Shown: piece by piece, positions 46,098-60,564 of the stretch | How positions within the stretch are numbered: the stretch's first letter is position 1 | Layout: every line of letters begins with the position of its first letter | Origin: the human T2T-CHM13v2.0 reference genome, Homo sapiens | NCBI RefSeq assembly: GCF_009914755.1 | Contig: NC_060925.1 | DNA: 64,000 nt | Strand: one strand, 5' to 3' | The notes under the pieces: model-generated | The model's input: only the letters and a program-made list of their open reading frames with translations | Databases searched by the model: none | What the model was told of the DNA's origin: nothing | Made by a program: the position numbers and the translations under genes

Positions 46098-46458
46098 ATG
46101 TCTTAGTCTGTTTGAGTGGCTTAACAAGATACCACAAACTGGGTAGTTTATAAACAATGGAAATTTATTTCTCACAGTTCTGGTGGCTGGAAATCCAAGA
46201 TCAAAGTGTCAGCAGATTTGGTGTCTGGTGAGGGCCCACTTTCTGGTTCACAGATGGCTCCTGCTAGCTGTATCCTCATGTGGTAGAAGAGGCAAAGCAG
46301 CTTTCTGGGGCCTCTTTTATAGGGGCACTAATCCCATTCATGGGGGGTTCCATCCTCATGACCTAATCACCCCCTAAAGGCTCTATCTCCAAATACATCA
46401 CATTAGTGACTCACTTTCAACACATGTGTTTGGGGGCACATACACATCAGACCATAGC
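46098..46458 (-). mobile_element. ERVL-MaLR solo LTR (MST/MLT1A-like)
   Basis: ataccacaaactgggtagtttataaacaatggaaatttatttctcacagttctgg...tccaagatcaaagtgtcagcagatttggtgtctggtgaggg. Confidence 0.85.
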
Positions 46459-48369
46459 TGTAAGTGAACATATGTGCAGTGGAAGCAAACAACCCAGGGA
46501 GGGAGCATGGAAGGAGAAGAGAAGTGGGTGTTGGATGATGAAAGAAAGCACAGAGGTCTGGTGGTAGATAGAGGTGACTTATATTAAAAGTATACAAAGA
46601 ATTTATAGTAAGAGAGGCTTTTCTTGTTAAAGAGGGGAAAGCCTTGAGCACTTTTAAATACACAATCCTGAGATAGTGACAAAGTGAAGAGGAGAGAGTA
46701 GATGGATTTAGAGCACAGCTTCCCTATCTCCTTTCTCAGATAGGGAAAAAGAAACTTCCTCTATGACATAAAGGAGGGAGCAAGGGTTCACCTAGAGAAG
46801 ATAGATTTGTAGTGGGGAGACCAGGACGTGAAGGCATTACCATCTGATGATCTCCGTTTTTGTTGTCATGTAGGATACAAGATCTCCTAGAAAGTGGATT
46901 GGCTTTTAAGGATGGAGTTTTGGTTGGGGATTTAAGGATGTGGTAAAGGTGTTGCTGTGAGGTAATGGGAGACAGGTGAACTGGGACAAATAGGGTAGAT
47001 GATAGTATTTTGTTGTGTCATCTCCAGCCTTAACTTTATGTGTTTTTCCCACTCTGGCCTTTTCTTCTCTGACTCTTCCCAACCACTGGTTCTCAGGATC
47101 TATTGCCTTCTCCATTGGATTCTTTCCCCATCCCACCCCTAATTACTATCCTCAGACTGAGAAAATGATGCACCCATTGAGTTAACAAATCAAAGAATCA
47201 CTCCATAAAGGTCAACCATTTGTTATTTGAATAAAACTTTAAAAACGAAACAAAACAAAACACCATTTCCCTTAATTCTCTGTAGCAAATTCTAAAAATT
47301 TACTTCCCTTCTTCCTTTTCCCCAAACTAGGTGTGCTAAGATTCCCTATGAGTTGCCCTTCTGCTAAAAGATTAAGAGAGGAGAATAAGTTCATGAGCAT
47401 GGCAAGGCTGCCGGAAACTGCGAGATCCAATTAAGACCATTGTAAGCTTTGCTGCCATTAGAGGAAGAAAAGTTAATTGTATGAAATGAAGAAATATTTG
47501 AAAAACACAGTAATTTCAAAACATCTAAAAGCAATTATTTTGTTTTGGTCTGCGTGGAAAACATTAGAGTAAAAAACAGATTGAAAAATGAAGATGGCTA
47601 ATGCTATTAATGACAACTTTATAATAAGAATACACGAAAAACAGTATGTATGACTGCCCTTCAAAACCGTAATATATTCTCAATATGTCAATATATGAAC
47701 AATAAAAATATGCATAAAGATATAATGAATATATTGTACAATAAAAATATACATGAAGATATAATCAATATATTGAGAATATATTACCGATTTATTGGAG
47801 TGTAGCAGGATAGCATTAGCTACAGAATATAATTCTTCCTTTTAGAATTGTGATTGAAGTTCAAAGCTGAGCACAGAAGGTGCAAAGAGCATATATTCTA
47901 CCTTCAGAGGACCATTGTGAGTTGCTGAGGCCAGTCTTCAGAGGACTGTACATAAAGAGGAGAACTGAAGAGAGAGGAAAAGGCTATCTTTTACAGGAAT
48001 GCAGTGTTTGTGTTAAGGGATGATTCTTTTTCCTCCTCTTTGCCTCCTCCCCCTGTGGATATTGCAAGAGAGCTACCTATAACATTACAAATGGCTAAGG
48101 CAGGCCCTCTTGTAAGTTTCAAAACCACTGGGGCATCTGATTGTTGGTGGCTATTGGGGTATGGAGAAAGTCAAAGAAAGAAAGTGAGAGAGAGAATATA
48201 AATAAGGAGCTAGAATACATTTCCCCTGTTTGGTGTGATAAGAATGCTGTTGTTGAAATTAGATTTGGCTGCAGGTGACAGAAAACCTAACATAGCAGTA
48301 TGACTTAAGTTAGATACTTATCTTGCTCTCTCATATAAACAAAGTCCATGGATCTGGGCAATCTAAAGG

Positions 48370-50690
48370 ACTTCCAGTTCTGGTAATAATAGAGAGGCAA
48401 TCTGGGCCAGCCACCGCTGCCAAAGGCAACAAAAAGCTGGGAAGAAAACCTCTCCTTAAAATCATCAAAGAGCTAGCAAGATAGTGAGACATACCAGGCT
48501 ATGACCCAGAGAAATGAGTAGCACCAGGCCGCTTTTGTCCTGGGGGTACTTTTCAGTTCAAAGGAGACCAGAGAGACTGATTCGTACTTTCTGGTGGCTC
48601 CTGAAGAAGAGAGAAAAAGCAGTAATTGGTGGACCCTGGTGAATCACCTCTGCTTTATGCTGTGGCCCCAAGGGGCTGTACTTTAGGAGTGTAGATAAAA
48701 CAGAAATTTATTTCCTTGCACAAAAGTCCAGTTTCTTTGTGTCATATGATGTTCCACAAATCCAAAGGCCTTCAACTTAGATTAAAGTGGTCTTCTACTG
48801 CTAATGTCTCTAGTGCTTGGTAGAAGCCAACAAAAATGCCCTAAGAAAATAATAATGTGTTAGGTCTCAAATTATTTCAGCAAATACTTTTGTTTCAAAT
48901 AAAATATGGAGTACACCATCAAAGATAATGCAGCACATGAGGAAATAAGACATGATGAATAAGAACCAACAGAAAAAAAGACAGTTTAGGTACATAAGTG
49001 ATAATAGATATTGGAATTATCAGACAGAGACTATAAAACAATTGTTTGCTCTCTTCGAGAAAATAAATACTTGAAAATTTTAGCAAAACCCAGAAATTCT
49101 AAAAAGTGACAGAATAGAGTTAAAAAGAGTATCAAATAGAAATCCTAGAACTAAAAAGCTCAATAAGAAAAGAACTCAGATGGAATTAACAGAAAATTAG
49201 ATATAGTTGAAAAGAGAATTAGTAAATTGAATATTATTAGAAGAATCTATCCAGTATGGAGAGCCAAAAGGATAAAAAGACTGAAAAGAGGGTAAGAGAC
49301 AGGGAGAGTACAGTGAGAATGTAGGACAATCATCTGACTCTTAGAAAGAGGGGAAGAAAATAGTGCATCTGTCAAATTTTTCTAATGGGGCAGAGGTGAT
49401 ATTTGAAGTGATAATGACAGAATTTTTCAAAACTGATTAAAGACATTACTCCATAATTCTAAGAAGTCTAATGTGTTCCAAACAATATATTTAAAAAGGA
49501 TCCATGCTTAAACATATCATAGGAAGAAATATTAATACCAAAAAAATACCTTGGATTACCTTGAAAGTAGGAATAGTTTGGCCAACAGCTAACTTCTCAA
49601 TAGGAGCAATGGGATTACAAATACAGAGCACTCAGCATTCTAAAAGCAGAAAACACCAAGTTAAAGCTCCATGTCTAAGGAGAATAAAGACATTTCCAGA
49701 CAAAGCAAAACTGGGAGAATATGTCATCAGCAGATCAACAGAGAAGGAAATACTAAAGGATAAAGAAGAAGGAAAATGATGCCAAATGAGAGAATTTAAG
49801 ATGAATGAGAATGTTAATATGCAGATAAATGGAACTAAATAATGCTGTATAAAGTAATCATCAGCATCATCATCATGTCCTTTGGAATTTAAAAAAAATC
49901 TACAGAATTAAATATAGGACAACAGTTGCCTACAATGGGTGGAGGAGGGGTCAGAGAATGGAGTTAAAATGTTCTAAGGTCTTTACATTGTCTAGGAGGA
50001 GTGAGGGTATCAATTATCATCAGAATTTGTTAAGTCATAAATACACATTATAATTTCAAGGGCAATTATTGAAACAATTCAAAAAAGTGTGTAATTTATG
50101 AACTAGTGGAGGGGAAGAAGTAAATGATTAAAATATAATCAAATACAGCAAGAAAGAAGAGAAAAAATGTAGAATAGGCATGTAGTAAATAACCGACTTA
50201 AGTGCTAACATGTCAAATTATGTTACATGTAAGTGGAGTTAAATACCCTAACCAAAGTTATCTGACTGTATTAGAAAGAAAGCATATACTCTTTACAAGA
50301 GAACAGCTTAAAGACTGCAAGTAAAATGTTAGAAAAAGATATACCATACAAACTGAAACCAAAACCAAAAGTCAAAGTACCTATTTTAAAATCAGATAAA
50401 ATAGACTTTAAGAGAAAAAAAGCATTATTAGAAATAAACAATCTCTAGATAATGACAAAGGACAATTCCTCAGGTTATAAGTCACTTCTAAATTTCTGTA
50501 CTCCAAGTAACATAATCCCAAAATACATAAAGTAAAAATTATCAAAACTTCAGGAATAAGTAGAGAAACTGACAACCATAGTGGATGATTTTACTACACT
50601 TCTGTCAGTAATGAATAGAGCAATCAGACAAAAATCAGTAAGAATTTAAAAGAGTTGAACAACACATTGAACAAACCTGAGAATATTTGG
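48370..50690 (+). mobile_element. Old mammalian L1 (L1M family): decayed 5' region, ORF1 and start of ORF2 endonuclease
   Basis: Strongly A-rich plus strand; ORF1-end text (aataaagacatttccagacaaagcaaaactgggagaat...aggaaatactaaagg) and ORF2 start motif ctattttaaaatcagataaaatagactttaag (ILKSDKIDFK). Confidence 0.8.
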
Positions 50691-52369
50691 GGAACTGTTC
50701 TAGGTACTGGGGAAAGAGCAGTAGATAAAACAACAATCTTGGCTCTCATAGGGAAAGCTATGAAGAAACATCAAGCTTAGAAGGTAATACAGTGTACTAG
50801 GGGTTGAAGGGTGGTTTGCAAATTTTAGTGGGGTGGTCAAGGAACACCTGACTGAGAAGTTGACATTTGGGCAAAAATGTCAAGGTGGTGGGAGGAAAAG
50901 CATTCCAGGAAGAGCGAATAGCAAGGATACTCCTAATACCACATCCCAGCTCTCTCCCATTCCCGAGGGATGACCTCAAATATGAGGAAAGAAAGGGATT
51001 GCGTGAGAAAGGGAGTGGCAAAGTGGAGGGAACTTGACCTTGGAAAAGAAATCTAGAGGCAGAAATAAAATTTTGAACTTTGTCTCAAAAAAATTCTAGC
51101 TCTGGTCTTGGCTCAGAGGAAGAATAAAGTTGTAATGATGAATTTTTATTTTACAGGAATTTATCCATTTTTTATTCTATAGTCATTTATGCATTAAATA
51201 AAATTTCAAACCAAACACAGAGATCTCTAATCTCACCACCTTTGCAGGATTATTTTCATTAATTAGTTTGCCTTCTTGTCTTATCTATATGGATGCCTCT
51301 TTTTTTCAACTCATAAAACACCTTTATTGAGACCAGATATGAGTCACAGAGTTAGGTGACTCATCGCCCACAATTTCTTTGAGCCAGAATCTGAAGGTGA
51401 AAGGGTGATGATTTCCACGGATACCCTGTGAAGAATGGTTCTGGGGCATTCAACTGCACGAGTTGCTTGGTAGCTCCTGAGGGCATGATGGGTAATAGAG
51501 GATTAGAGCAGTTGAGTCAGAAGTCAGGGTCCTCAAAATAGGAAGGGCTGGGGCAAAAGCAGCACAAATAAGCCTAGTTTCTATTCTGTACACATGGGCA
51601 AAAAGGCAGCAAACAGCAGCATAAAAGGGAAGGAGGCCCAAATTAAAAAAAAAACTCACAAAACATAACACTTTATCAATAAGAAATCAATTTTCATCAG
51701 TCCACCCTGAGAGAAGCCATGGAAAAATTTAACCTCCTCAGCAGAAACTTATTCCTAAATTTCTAATGAATGTATACTCTTCACTGCAGATGTGGGTTGG
51801 TTCTGAATTTAGAATTATTTTGGAAAGTGATGGAGTCCCAAAACAGGAGGCTTGGGTGGATGGGCACTTTCTTGTCTTCAGAGTTGTGCTTTGCTGCTTT
51901 CCCCAGAAATTCCAGACCCCTCGGAAATCAAGTGGATGGGTTTCCTCTGCACTGCTGCTGTTGACTTGTTAGCCCATACAGTATGGCTTTAGCTGCTGCT
52001 TCTCTCTGGCTGGCTTTTACCCCAGCTTTCTAGGGCCCTATTGTATTTTTCTTTTTTAAGCTCTTAGCCAGAGTGGTGTTGAGTTTCATTCTTAGACTCC
52101 TTAATGCCAGGAACTGTAGACTCCATGTTTTGCACTTTCTTATCTGTCACATACTGGGGCCAATCATTGGGTCTTGTTGGTAGGAAATCCCACTGTCAGG
52201 TTGCTGGGAGCATTGCAAAGCAGACTGAAGGAATTCCCTGATGGGTAGGTGAGGAAGCCGTGAAGGCACCTCCCGACCCAGGCCATGCAATGTGAGGCTG
52301 AGGTGCCAGGTACTTCAATGGCGGGATCCTGGTGACCTGGTGCTGTCCAGGGCACTTCCTGTGCTCAGC

Positions 52370-52780
52370 TGTTAGTCTGGGCCCTCTAACAAGCCAGTGC
52401 CAAGATGGGATTAGGTGTGTGAGATTTTATTAAAGGACCATGAGAGGAAATGGGGAAGAGGCTGGGAACACTGGGAGAGCTATAAGACTGAAATGCAAAT
52501 CTGACCCCAACGGAAGGAGGGAGGAAGGGGAAGGTAGGTGGAAGCATTTTAGACTTCTGTGTAGCCTAGGGAATGTTCAAGAAGGCCTTTGACAGTCCTG
52601 GAGCCTCAGAGTGCCATGTCTCACAGGAGCGGGTCAGCTGTAGCATCCTTGCTGCTCTCATCTATGACCAGAGCTTCTGGGGAAGCAGGGCCTCCATACA
52701 AACACCACAATGGGTTTCAGAGAGCAATGCATTTCACAGAGCAGGAGCTGGCACTACTGTCCATTATGCTCCAGGGTTGG
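52370..52780. mobile_element. Ancient ERVL-class LTR (LTR16/MLT-like)
   Basis: gccaagatgggattaggtgtgtgagattttatt...gagctataagactgaaatgcaaatctgacccc resembles recalled ERVL LTR text; subfamily uncertain. Confidence 0.5.
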
Positions 52781-52786
52781 AGGGGC

Positions 52787-54005
52787 TGGTGGTGGTGGTG
52801 GGGGTAGGTGGCAGAGTGAGTGGGGTGGTGAGGGTGGGGGCTGATGTGGTGGTGGGAGCTGGTGGTTGGGGGTGTTGGGGGTGGTGATGGTGGTGGTGGT
52901 TGGGGGGGAGGTGTGGTGGTGGGGATGAGGGTAGGGAGCTGGAGATGGTGGTGGGGTGGTCGGGGTGGGGGGGTAATGGTGAGGGGTGATGGTGGGGGGG
53001 GTGGTGTGAGGGTGGGGTTGGTGGTGGTGGTAGTGGTGGGGGCTGGTGGTAGGGGGTGGTGGGGGTGGTGATGATGGGTGGTGGTGGGGGCTGGTGATGG
53101 TGGGGGTTGATGGTGGTGGGGGGTAGTGGGGGTGGTGATGGTGGTGGTGGGGATTGGTGGGGGGTGGTGGGGGTGGTGATGGTGGTGATGGGAGGTGGTG
53201 GTGGGGGGTGGTGGTGGAGGGTGTGGTGATGGTGGGGTGGTGGTGGTGGGGAGTGGTGGGTGTGGTGGTGGTGGGGAGTGGTGGGTGTGGTGGTGGTGGG
53301 GAGTGGTGGGTGTGGTGGTGTGTGTGGTTGTGGTGGTGGTGGTGGTGGTGGGGGTGATGGTGGTGGTCGTTGGTGGTGGTGGTAGCGGGGTGATGGTGGT
53401 GGTGGGTGGTGGTGGGGTGATGGTGGTGGGGTGGTGGAGAGTGGTGGGTGTGGTGGTGTGTGTGGTAGTGGTGGTGGGGGGGGGTGATGGTGGTGGTCGT
53501 CGTTGGGGGTGATGGTGGTGGTCGTCGTTGGGGGTGGTGGTGGGGTGATGGTAGTGGTGGGTGGTGGCGGTGGGTGGTGGTGGGGGGTGGTGGGGGGGTG
53601 TGGTGGTGGTGGGGAGGTGATGGTGGTGGGGTGGTGGTGGTGGGGAGTGGCGGGTGTGGTGGTGTGTGTGGTTGTGGTGGTGGTGGGGGTGAAGGTGGTG
53701 GTCGTCATTGGGGGTGGTGGTAGTGGGGTGATGGTGGTGGTGGGTGGTGGTGGTGGGTGGTGGTGGGGGTTGTGGTGGTGGTGAGGAGGTGATGGTGGTG
53801 GGGTGGTGGTGGGGAGTGGTGGGTGTGGTGGTGTGTGTGGTTGTGGTGGTGGTGGTGGGGGTGATGGTGGTGGTCGTCGTTGGGAGTGGTGGCAGGGGGG
53901 TGATGGTGGTGGTGGTGGGTGGTGGTGGTGGGGGGTGTGGTGATGGTGGGTGGTAGTGGTGGGGTGGTGGTTGTGGAGTGGTGGTGGGAGGTGCTTGTGG
54001 GGGTT
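52787..54005. repeat. About 1.2 kb degenerate (TGG)n G-rich tandem repeat with higher-order units
   Basis: Plus strand is almost only G and T; marker gtgtgtgtgg recurs at 53318, 53456, 53662 and 53831, each followed by a ggtcgt marker. Confidence 0.95.
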
Positions 54006-54691
54006 TGGAGGTTTGCAAGGTGCGTACCCATGGCTGCTATATAAAGTTCTAGAACTGTCTTACTAGACCGCAGATAGGTGTGAATCTTCACCTCAGTAGG
54101 TGCTAACTGTGAAGTGAAACCAATTATATTCACATGGAAAAAAAAAGTATCTCTCTAGTAGACGTGACCTCAAAGGAAGGAAGCAAAAGCAGCAGGAGGG
54201 AAAAGGGCTCCAGGTGGAGGGAGTTGAGCCTTTTATTTGGGCTGTGAACAGCGCCCTTCACCATTAGACTCCATCTTTACCGCGCTTCATTCTTCGCAGC
54301 CTCCTCCTAAGACACTAACTAGCAATTCCAAATATTTCATCTTCACTCACAGGTTATACTCCTTTATATGACCTCCGAAGGCTAGCTGATGTATTTTTCC
54401 CTTGAGGATTGAGGTAGGACAGAAAAAGAATAAACCATATATGTGGGCTGCTGCCTGCAAAAGTCTTTCCAGATCTCTAGTGAGTGACAGCCCAGGGTAG
54501 CGTTTGGTGTACCAGCAAGACCCTGCAACCCTCAGTCAAGAAACTCAAGTTCTAGTCATTTTTTTTTGTCCATCAGTTACTTCATGATCCAGGCAGTTTG
54601 TTTCCTTCTCTGAGGCTTTAATATCCTCAGCTGCAGAATGAGAGAGCAGGCAACTTTTTTCAAAGGATTGATATTCTATAATGTCTATATG

Positions 54692-54838
54692 TTATTTTAT
54701 TTTAAAATTAATTAATTATTTATTTCAGAGCCAGTGTCTCACTCTGTCTCCTGGCTGGAGTCAGTGGCATGATCATAGCTGACTGCAGCCTTGAACTCCT
54801 GGGCTCAAGGGTTCCTCCAGCCTCGGTCTCCCGTGTAG
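54692..54838 (-). mobile_element. Alu monomer / AluJ fragment
   Basis: gtgtctcactctgtctcctggctggagtcagtggcatgatcatagct...cttgaactcctgggctcaag. Confidence 0.75.
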
Positions 54839-55122
54839 TCCTCTATTTTAAAATGGCAGGTGTGTACGGGAGAGGCAGTGGGCTGGAAATCAAATGTCCT
54901 CAAGTTTTACCAAACACTTCTTTCTGCCATTTTTCTACTTCAATTATTGCATTTCTACAGTCCTGAATTGTCATTGTTTACTTACATGTCTGCCTTTAAA
55001 CTGTGAATTTCTGGAGGGCGGGATCCATATCTCTCCTATGTTCCAGAGCCCCTTACACAATGCCTAGTACACAGCGAGTGTGCCGTGAATGCTGGTGGGA
55101 TTGGCTAAAGAAACAGTGATGC

Positions 55123-55660
<538 letters not shown>

Positions 55661-57086
55661 CTGTTTTGAAGACTTTGTCACTTTGGTCCTGTGACCATTA
55701 TGCTAAAGGCTAGAAGTGAAGGTTGGGGAGATTAGTAATTCGATTGTTAATCCATAACAAAGTATTTCAGGATATTTTGGTCTGCATTTTGCAGGAAATA
55801 TCTTAATTCTAACCTGCATTTTATCATCTACCACAGACCTAAGTAGTCTTTTAATTGGCAGTAGCATTACTGTCTCTGTCTGTGAAAAATAGGCAGTTCT
55901 CCAAAGACCTTTCCATGTCTGTGCTGAAAGGTACAATGCAGAATTTTGCTGTAGTGAGTCTGCAGGCACTGTCTTGCTGAGGAAGCATCTTAGACTTCCC
56001 GAAGCTGGCTTTGTGAAGTTGCTGTTTCACATAATAATACATTTGGCCTAGAAAGGGCCTCAGGAACATCACTGTCTTTTATACTGTGAACCCGATTATA
56101 TTAAAAAACTCCCAAAGAGCAAGTCAATCACTTTTCTCCTTGGGCCTCTTTGATGCCATTTAGAAAGGTATCTTGTCAGTGGAGTACTGGTACCTGTACC
56201 TCCCTGTGATCTATATGGTCTGGGGCAAGGTGCAAATCAAATGCCCCCTGCCTTCTGTTTGTAGAAGAAGAAAAGCAAAAGACAGGAAAATATATTCATA
56301 TTTACTAACCTGGGACTTTCTGATTGGAGACTGATTATCACTTGCTGTTCAAGTTTAGATGGGTCAACAAAAAAATGTATCTCCATCCTCAGGAACGTCA
56401 TTCCAGTTGAGTTTGATTTTATTTATTCATGTGCTTGTAACTAAAAGTTTCCTCTGGAAGGAATAAAGTTATAGGAAATTAAACAAAATTATTAACAGTT
56501 TCTCTGTCTTCTTAATGCCACAATTAAATATTGCTCCCACTAATTATAATAGTAGTTATCCTTCATTGAATAATTAGTATATGTTAACTATTGTGCTAAG
56601 TGCTTTACATGTTTCATCTCTTTTTCATTTTTAAAACAATTTGCAAGGAAAGAAGTATTTATTCCCTATTTTGCTGTAAAGGAAACTGAGACTCCACAAA
56701 TGACAGATCTTTACCTAATTTCATTACAATGTCCTTCATTTAATACTCTGCTTACCTGACACGCAACTCTGCCTTCTGAGCCCTCGTGTCTACATTTGTA
56801 GGCCTTCAGTCTCTTCCCTCACTGTTGTTCCAAATGCAGTCTCAGCAGTGACCCTAGTATCTGAGTATCTGAGCATGGGCTGGCTGCAGTCCATCACTAT
56901 TGGTTGTTCTGGGACCTTTTTGCTTTTTTGCTTATATTCTAGGTAGATGAGGATATCAGGTCACTACCAGAAAGGAGCTATGGTGCTGTGTTATTTTGTA
57001 AAACTGGTGGTAAATATATGGCATTTGATAAATCTTGAGATGGTATAGGCTCAAAGTAAAAGTGGGTTTTAGAAAGTATTTAGGCA

Positions 57087-57563
57087 GGCCGGACATGGTG
57101 GCTCACACCTGTAATCCCAGCACTTTGGGATGCTGATGGGGGTGGATCACTTGAGGTCAGGAGTTCAAGACCAGCCTAGCCAATGTGGTGAAACCCTGTC
57201 TCTACTAAAAACAAAACAAAACAAAAATTAGCTGGGTGTGGTGGCAGGCGCCTGAGGAGAAGGTAGCAATATTCAAACAATGTGATCATAGGAAACAGGG
57301 CAGCGCTTCGCAGCTAACCCAGTGAATTCAAGTCTATCTCTGACACCAGCAGGATGTTTCCTGCTACAGCTTAATGGTTTTCTCTGTTCTTAACATCCTA
57401 ACTTCCAATTAAAATTGTCTCTTAAGAGACCTGTGGATCCAATGCCCTCATTTACAGATAAGAAAACGGGGCCGGGCGCCGTAATTCACGCCTGTAATCC
57501 CAGCATTCTGGGAGGCCAGAGGGGGAGGATCACGAGGTCAGGAGTTCCAGACGAACTGGGCGA

Positions 57564-57599
<36 letters not shown>

Positions 57600-57626
57600 G
57601 AAAAAATCTATCTCAAAAAAAAAAAT
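57087..57626 (+). mobile_element. Chimeric AluS whose right arm is replaced by an inverted local copy
   Basis: TSD aaagtatttagg at 57073-57084 and 57627-57638; normal Alu 57087-57254; non-Alu insert 57252-57469; second left-arm piece 57470-57555; Alu 3' end and poly(A). Confidence 0.9.
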
Positions 57627-57915
57627 AAAGTATTTAGGTAAATGTATACAAGAGGTTTTACTACGAATATGCGGACTAAGATTCCTATGGCTATCACCTC
57701 TTCTTTTGTTCTGCTTCTCTTGGGAACATATGTTCCTCAAGTCCCAGCAGGCATCTTCATCAGTTCTACTGGACAATGTGTGGTGCCACCCAGCCCATCA
57801 TTCTGGTACTCATTTCCACCAAGTGTGGATGGCGGGTTGGTGAGGGAGAGTGAAGAGGTGCCTGGTATCTGCAAGCCTGGTTTCTCTTCTCAACTGTACC
57901 ACCCACCAGCTATGA

Positions 57916-58251
<336 letters not shown>

Positions 58252-59069
58252 CAGTTATTTTATCTATAAAACGAGGGCACTGGATCGACAGGTCTCTTAA
58301 CAGACCATTTTAATGGGAAGTTAGCATATTGAGAACAGAGAAAACCATTAAGCTTTAGCAGGAAACATCCTGCTGGTGTCAGAGATAGACTGTTGAATTC
58401 ATTGGGCATAGCTGCGAAGCGCTGTCCTATTTCCTATGCTCAAATCATTTGAATATTGCTACCTTCCCCTCAGATGTTGAAAGCATGTCTTCCTTTTTCA
58501 GATGAGAGATCCGAGGCTAATTTTGGCCATTGGTTGGCCATGGACTCTTAGTTATTGCTGATTACTTAATTTGCAGGGCAAATGCAATGTCAAGGAATGG
58601 CAGATGACTGGCAGCTGATGTGATGGTAGCCAGGAATAATTGCCAGTAAATGGAGAGGGCTGCCCTACTTTGCTTTACTAAAGTTAGCAGGCGCCTGCAG
58701 AGACTTGTATGGCTCCTAATGATTTTTGTTAAGTTTGGAGAACAGTTGGACTGTAGATTAATTTCACCATGTTTCTTCCTGACATTTTTCATTTAAAAGG
58801 TGCTAAAATTCTAAAATGAACAAAAATCAAGTGTCTTCTTTACTCAAGGGGAAAATTGCCTCTTTGCAGAAATGCTTTCTAAGGAATATTGACTTCTTGA
58901 TTTGACTGAGACATTCATCTGTCATGAGCTTCCTCACTGACACTACTTACCTTTCTTCTTCCAAATATTTGTTTCTATGCACGTTTGTTCTTTCTTCTCT
59001 TTTGTCTGAGATAAAAAGATAGTGTTCTTCCTTTCTAAGTACCAACTCTTCCACCTGCACTCTGGAATT

Positions 59070-59390
59070 ATCTTTCTGATTTCAAAAGTAATACATATTT
59101 ATTGCAGAAAATTTGGAAATTGTGGAGATGTAAAAGAAGAAAATAATATCACTCATAATCCCACCACGTAGAGACAGTTGCTGTAAACATTTTGAGGTCT
59201 TTCTGATTTTTTTCTAAGCACACTTTTTAAAATAATAAAATTGGGATTCTATTGTACACTAATTTGAATGGCACTTAAAAAATTAATATACAAAGAGCAT
59301 TTTCCATGCTATTAACTTTTTTTTGAGAACCTTGTTTTAATGACTGTATTGAATTTTATTGTGGGATTGTATGCTAATTTGCTAAACTGT
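59070..59390 (-). mobile_element. Old L1 (L1ME-like) 3' fragment
   Basis: aagtaatacatatttattgcagaaaatttggaaa...ataatcccaccacgtagagacagttgctgtaaacattttg. Confidence 0.6.
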
Positions 59391-59621
59391 TCCTTTCACC
59401 TGGCATTAAGGCTTGTCCCTGCACTTTTGATCCTGTCCTTTCTTAGCTCCCCTGAGAGTGCGCCCTTCCATCATGCCTCTGCTCTTCCTTCATCACCGTG
59501 GCATTTTCCGCTGATGCTTTCTTGCATCTTCAGGCACACAGGTGCATCTCTACTCTCATCTCTAATCTGCTGTGTCATTTTGGATGTTTCCCATTTCAGC
59601 CTCTGGTTTTTTCATGGTATC

Positions 59622-59825
59622 ATAGTCTATGAACTGAATGTTTTGTCTCCTACAAATTAATATGTCGATATCCTAACCTCCAATGCGATGGTATTTGGAG
59701 GTGAGGCCTCTTGGAGGTCATTAGGCCAAGAGGGTGGAGCTCTTATAGATGGGATTACCGCCCTTATAAGAAGAGGCTTGAAGGAGCTTACTTCTGTCTT
59801 CCACTGTTTGCCATGTGAGGATCAA
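59622..59825 (+). mobile_element. MLT1A-like LTR fragment
   Basis: tatgaactgaatgttttgtctcc...gatggtatttggaggtgaggcctcttggagg...gatgggattaccgcccttataagaagag. Confidence 0.7.
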
Positions 59826-60564
59826 GGCTCATTTTTCCTCCACATGCACCCCTTGATCTAATCTAATTGTATTGCACGTGTACACCCAGACATTCTGCTC
59901 ATGACCTCCTTTCTGGCCGTCATGCTTAAGCATGATACATATTCATCGAAACTACTGACAAAAATGTCAAACCTCAGCCCTGTGGCTCAACATTAGGGAC
60001 TTACAAGATGAAGCCAATCTACTTATCAACAGTCTTTAAGCAAAGATGATTTAGCCAATTGTTTATATAGAGAATGGTTGAACATTGCAGCCCATGTTTC
60101 TCCATTCTGCCTCCTGGAATATTGTTAGTGGTCCATTTGAAACTTTGGAGTAGGTCAGACATGCTGCACCTCCACATTTCCCTAATCATCACATCCAGCT
60201 TCTCAGAGCAAAAAGGGAGGAGACATTGTCAGGTTCTGATCTTCATGAGGCCATGCTGGCTCCTGGGGATTACTGCTGCCTCTTCTAAAGGTTCAGAAGA
60301 TTTCTTATTAAGCCACTCCAAATTTGTGAATTTTTTTGCTCCCTGTTTGAAAAATTGAAACTATCTGTGTTGATTGTTTGTTGATATCCATAAGGTGACA
60401 GATGGAGGTTGCAGGCCATGTGCCTGGGGTGCACTTGAAATGGGTCCGTGGTCTTTGTAGGCATTTGTTGTGGGGAGGACTTAGTTCTCCTGCTTTCCCT
60501 CTGTTCCATGACCCTGAACTAAGGCCCACTGCCCCTTCTAATGCTGCAGCCACCAGCTGCACAT

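Noticed and set aside
52717-54018. 433-aa Pro/Thr/His-rich mucin- or extensin-like ORF and overlapping ORFs
   Set aside because: It starts at TTG and is stop-free only because the CCA-type repeat strand has almost no T; there is no signal peptide, domain or exon context.
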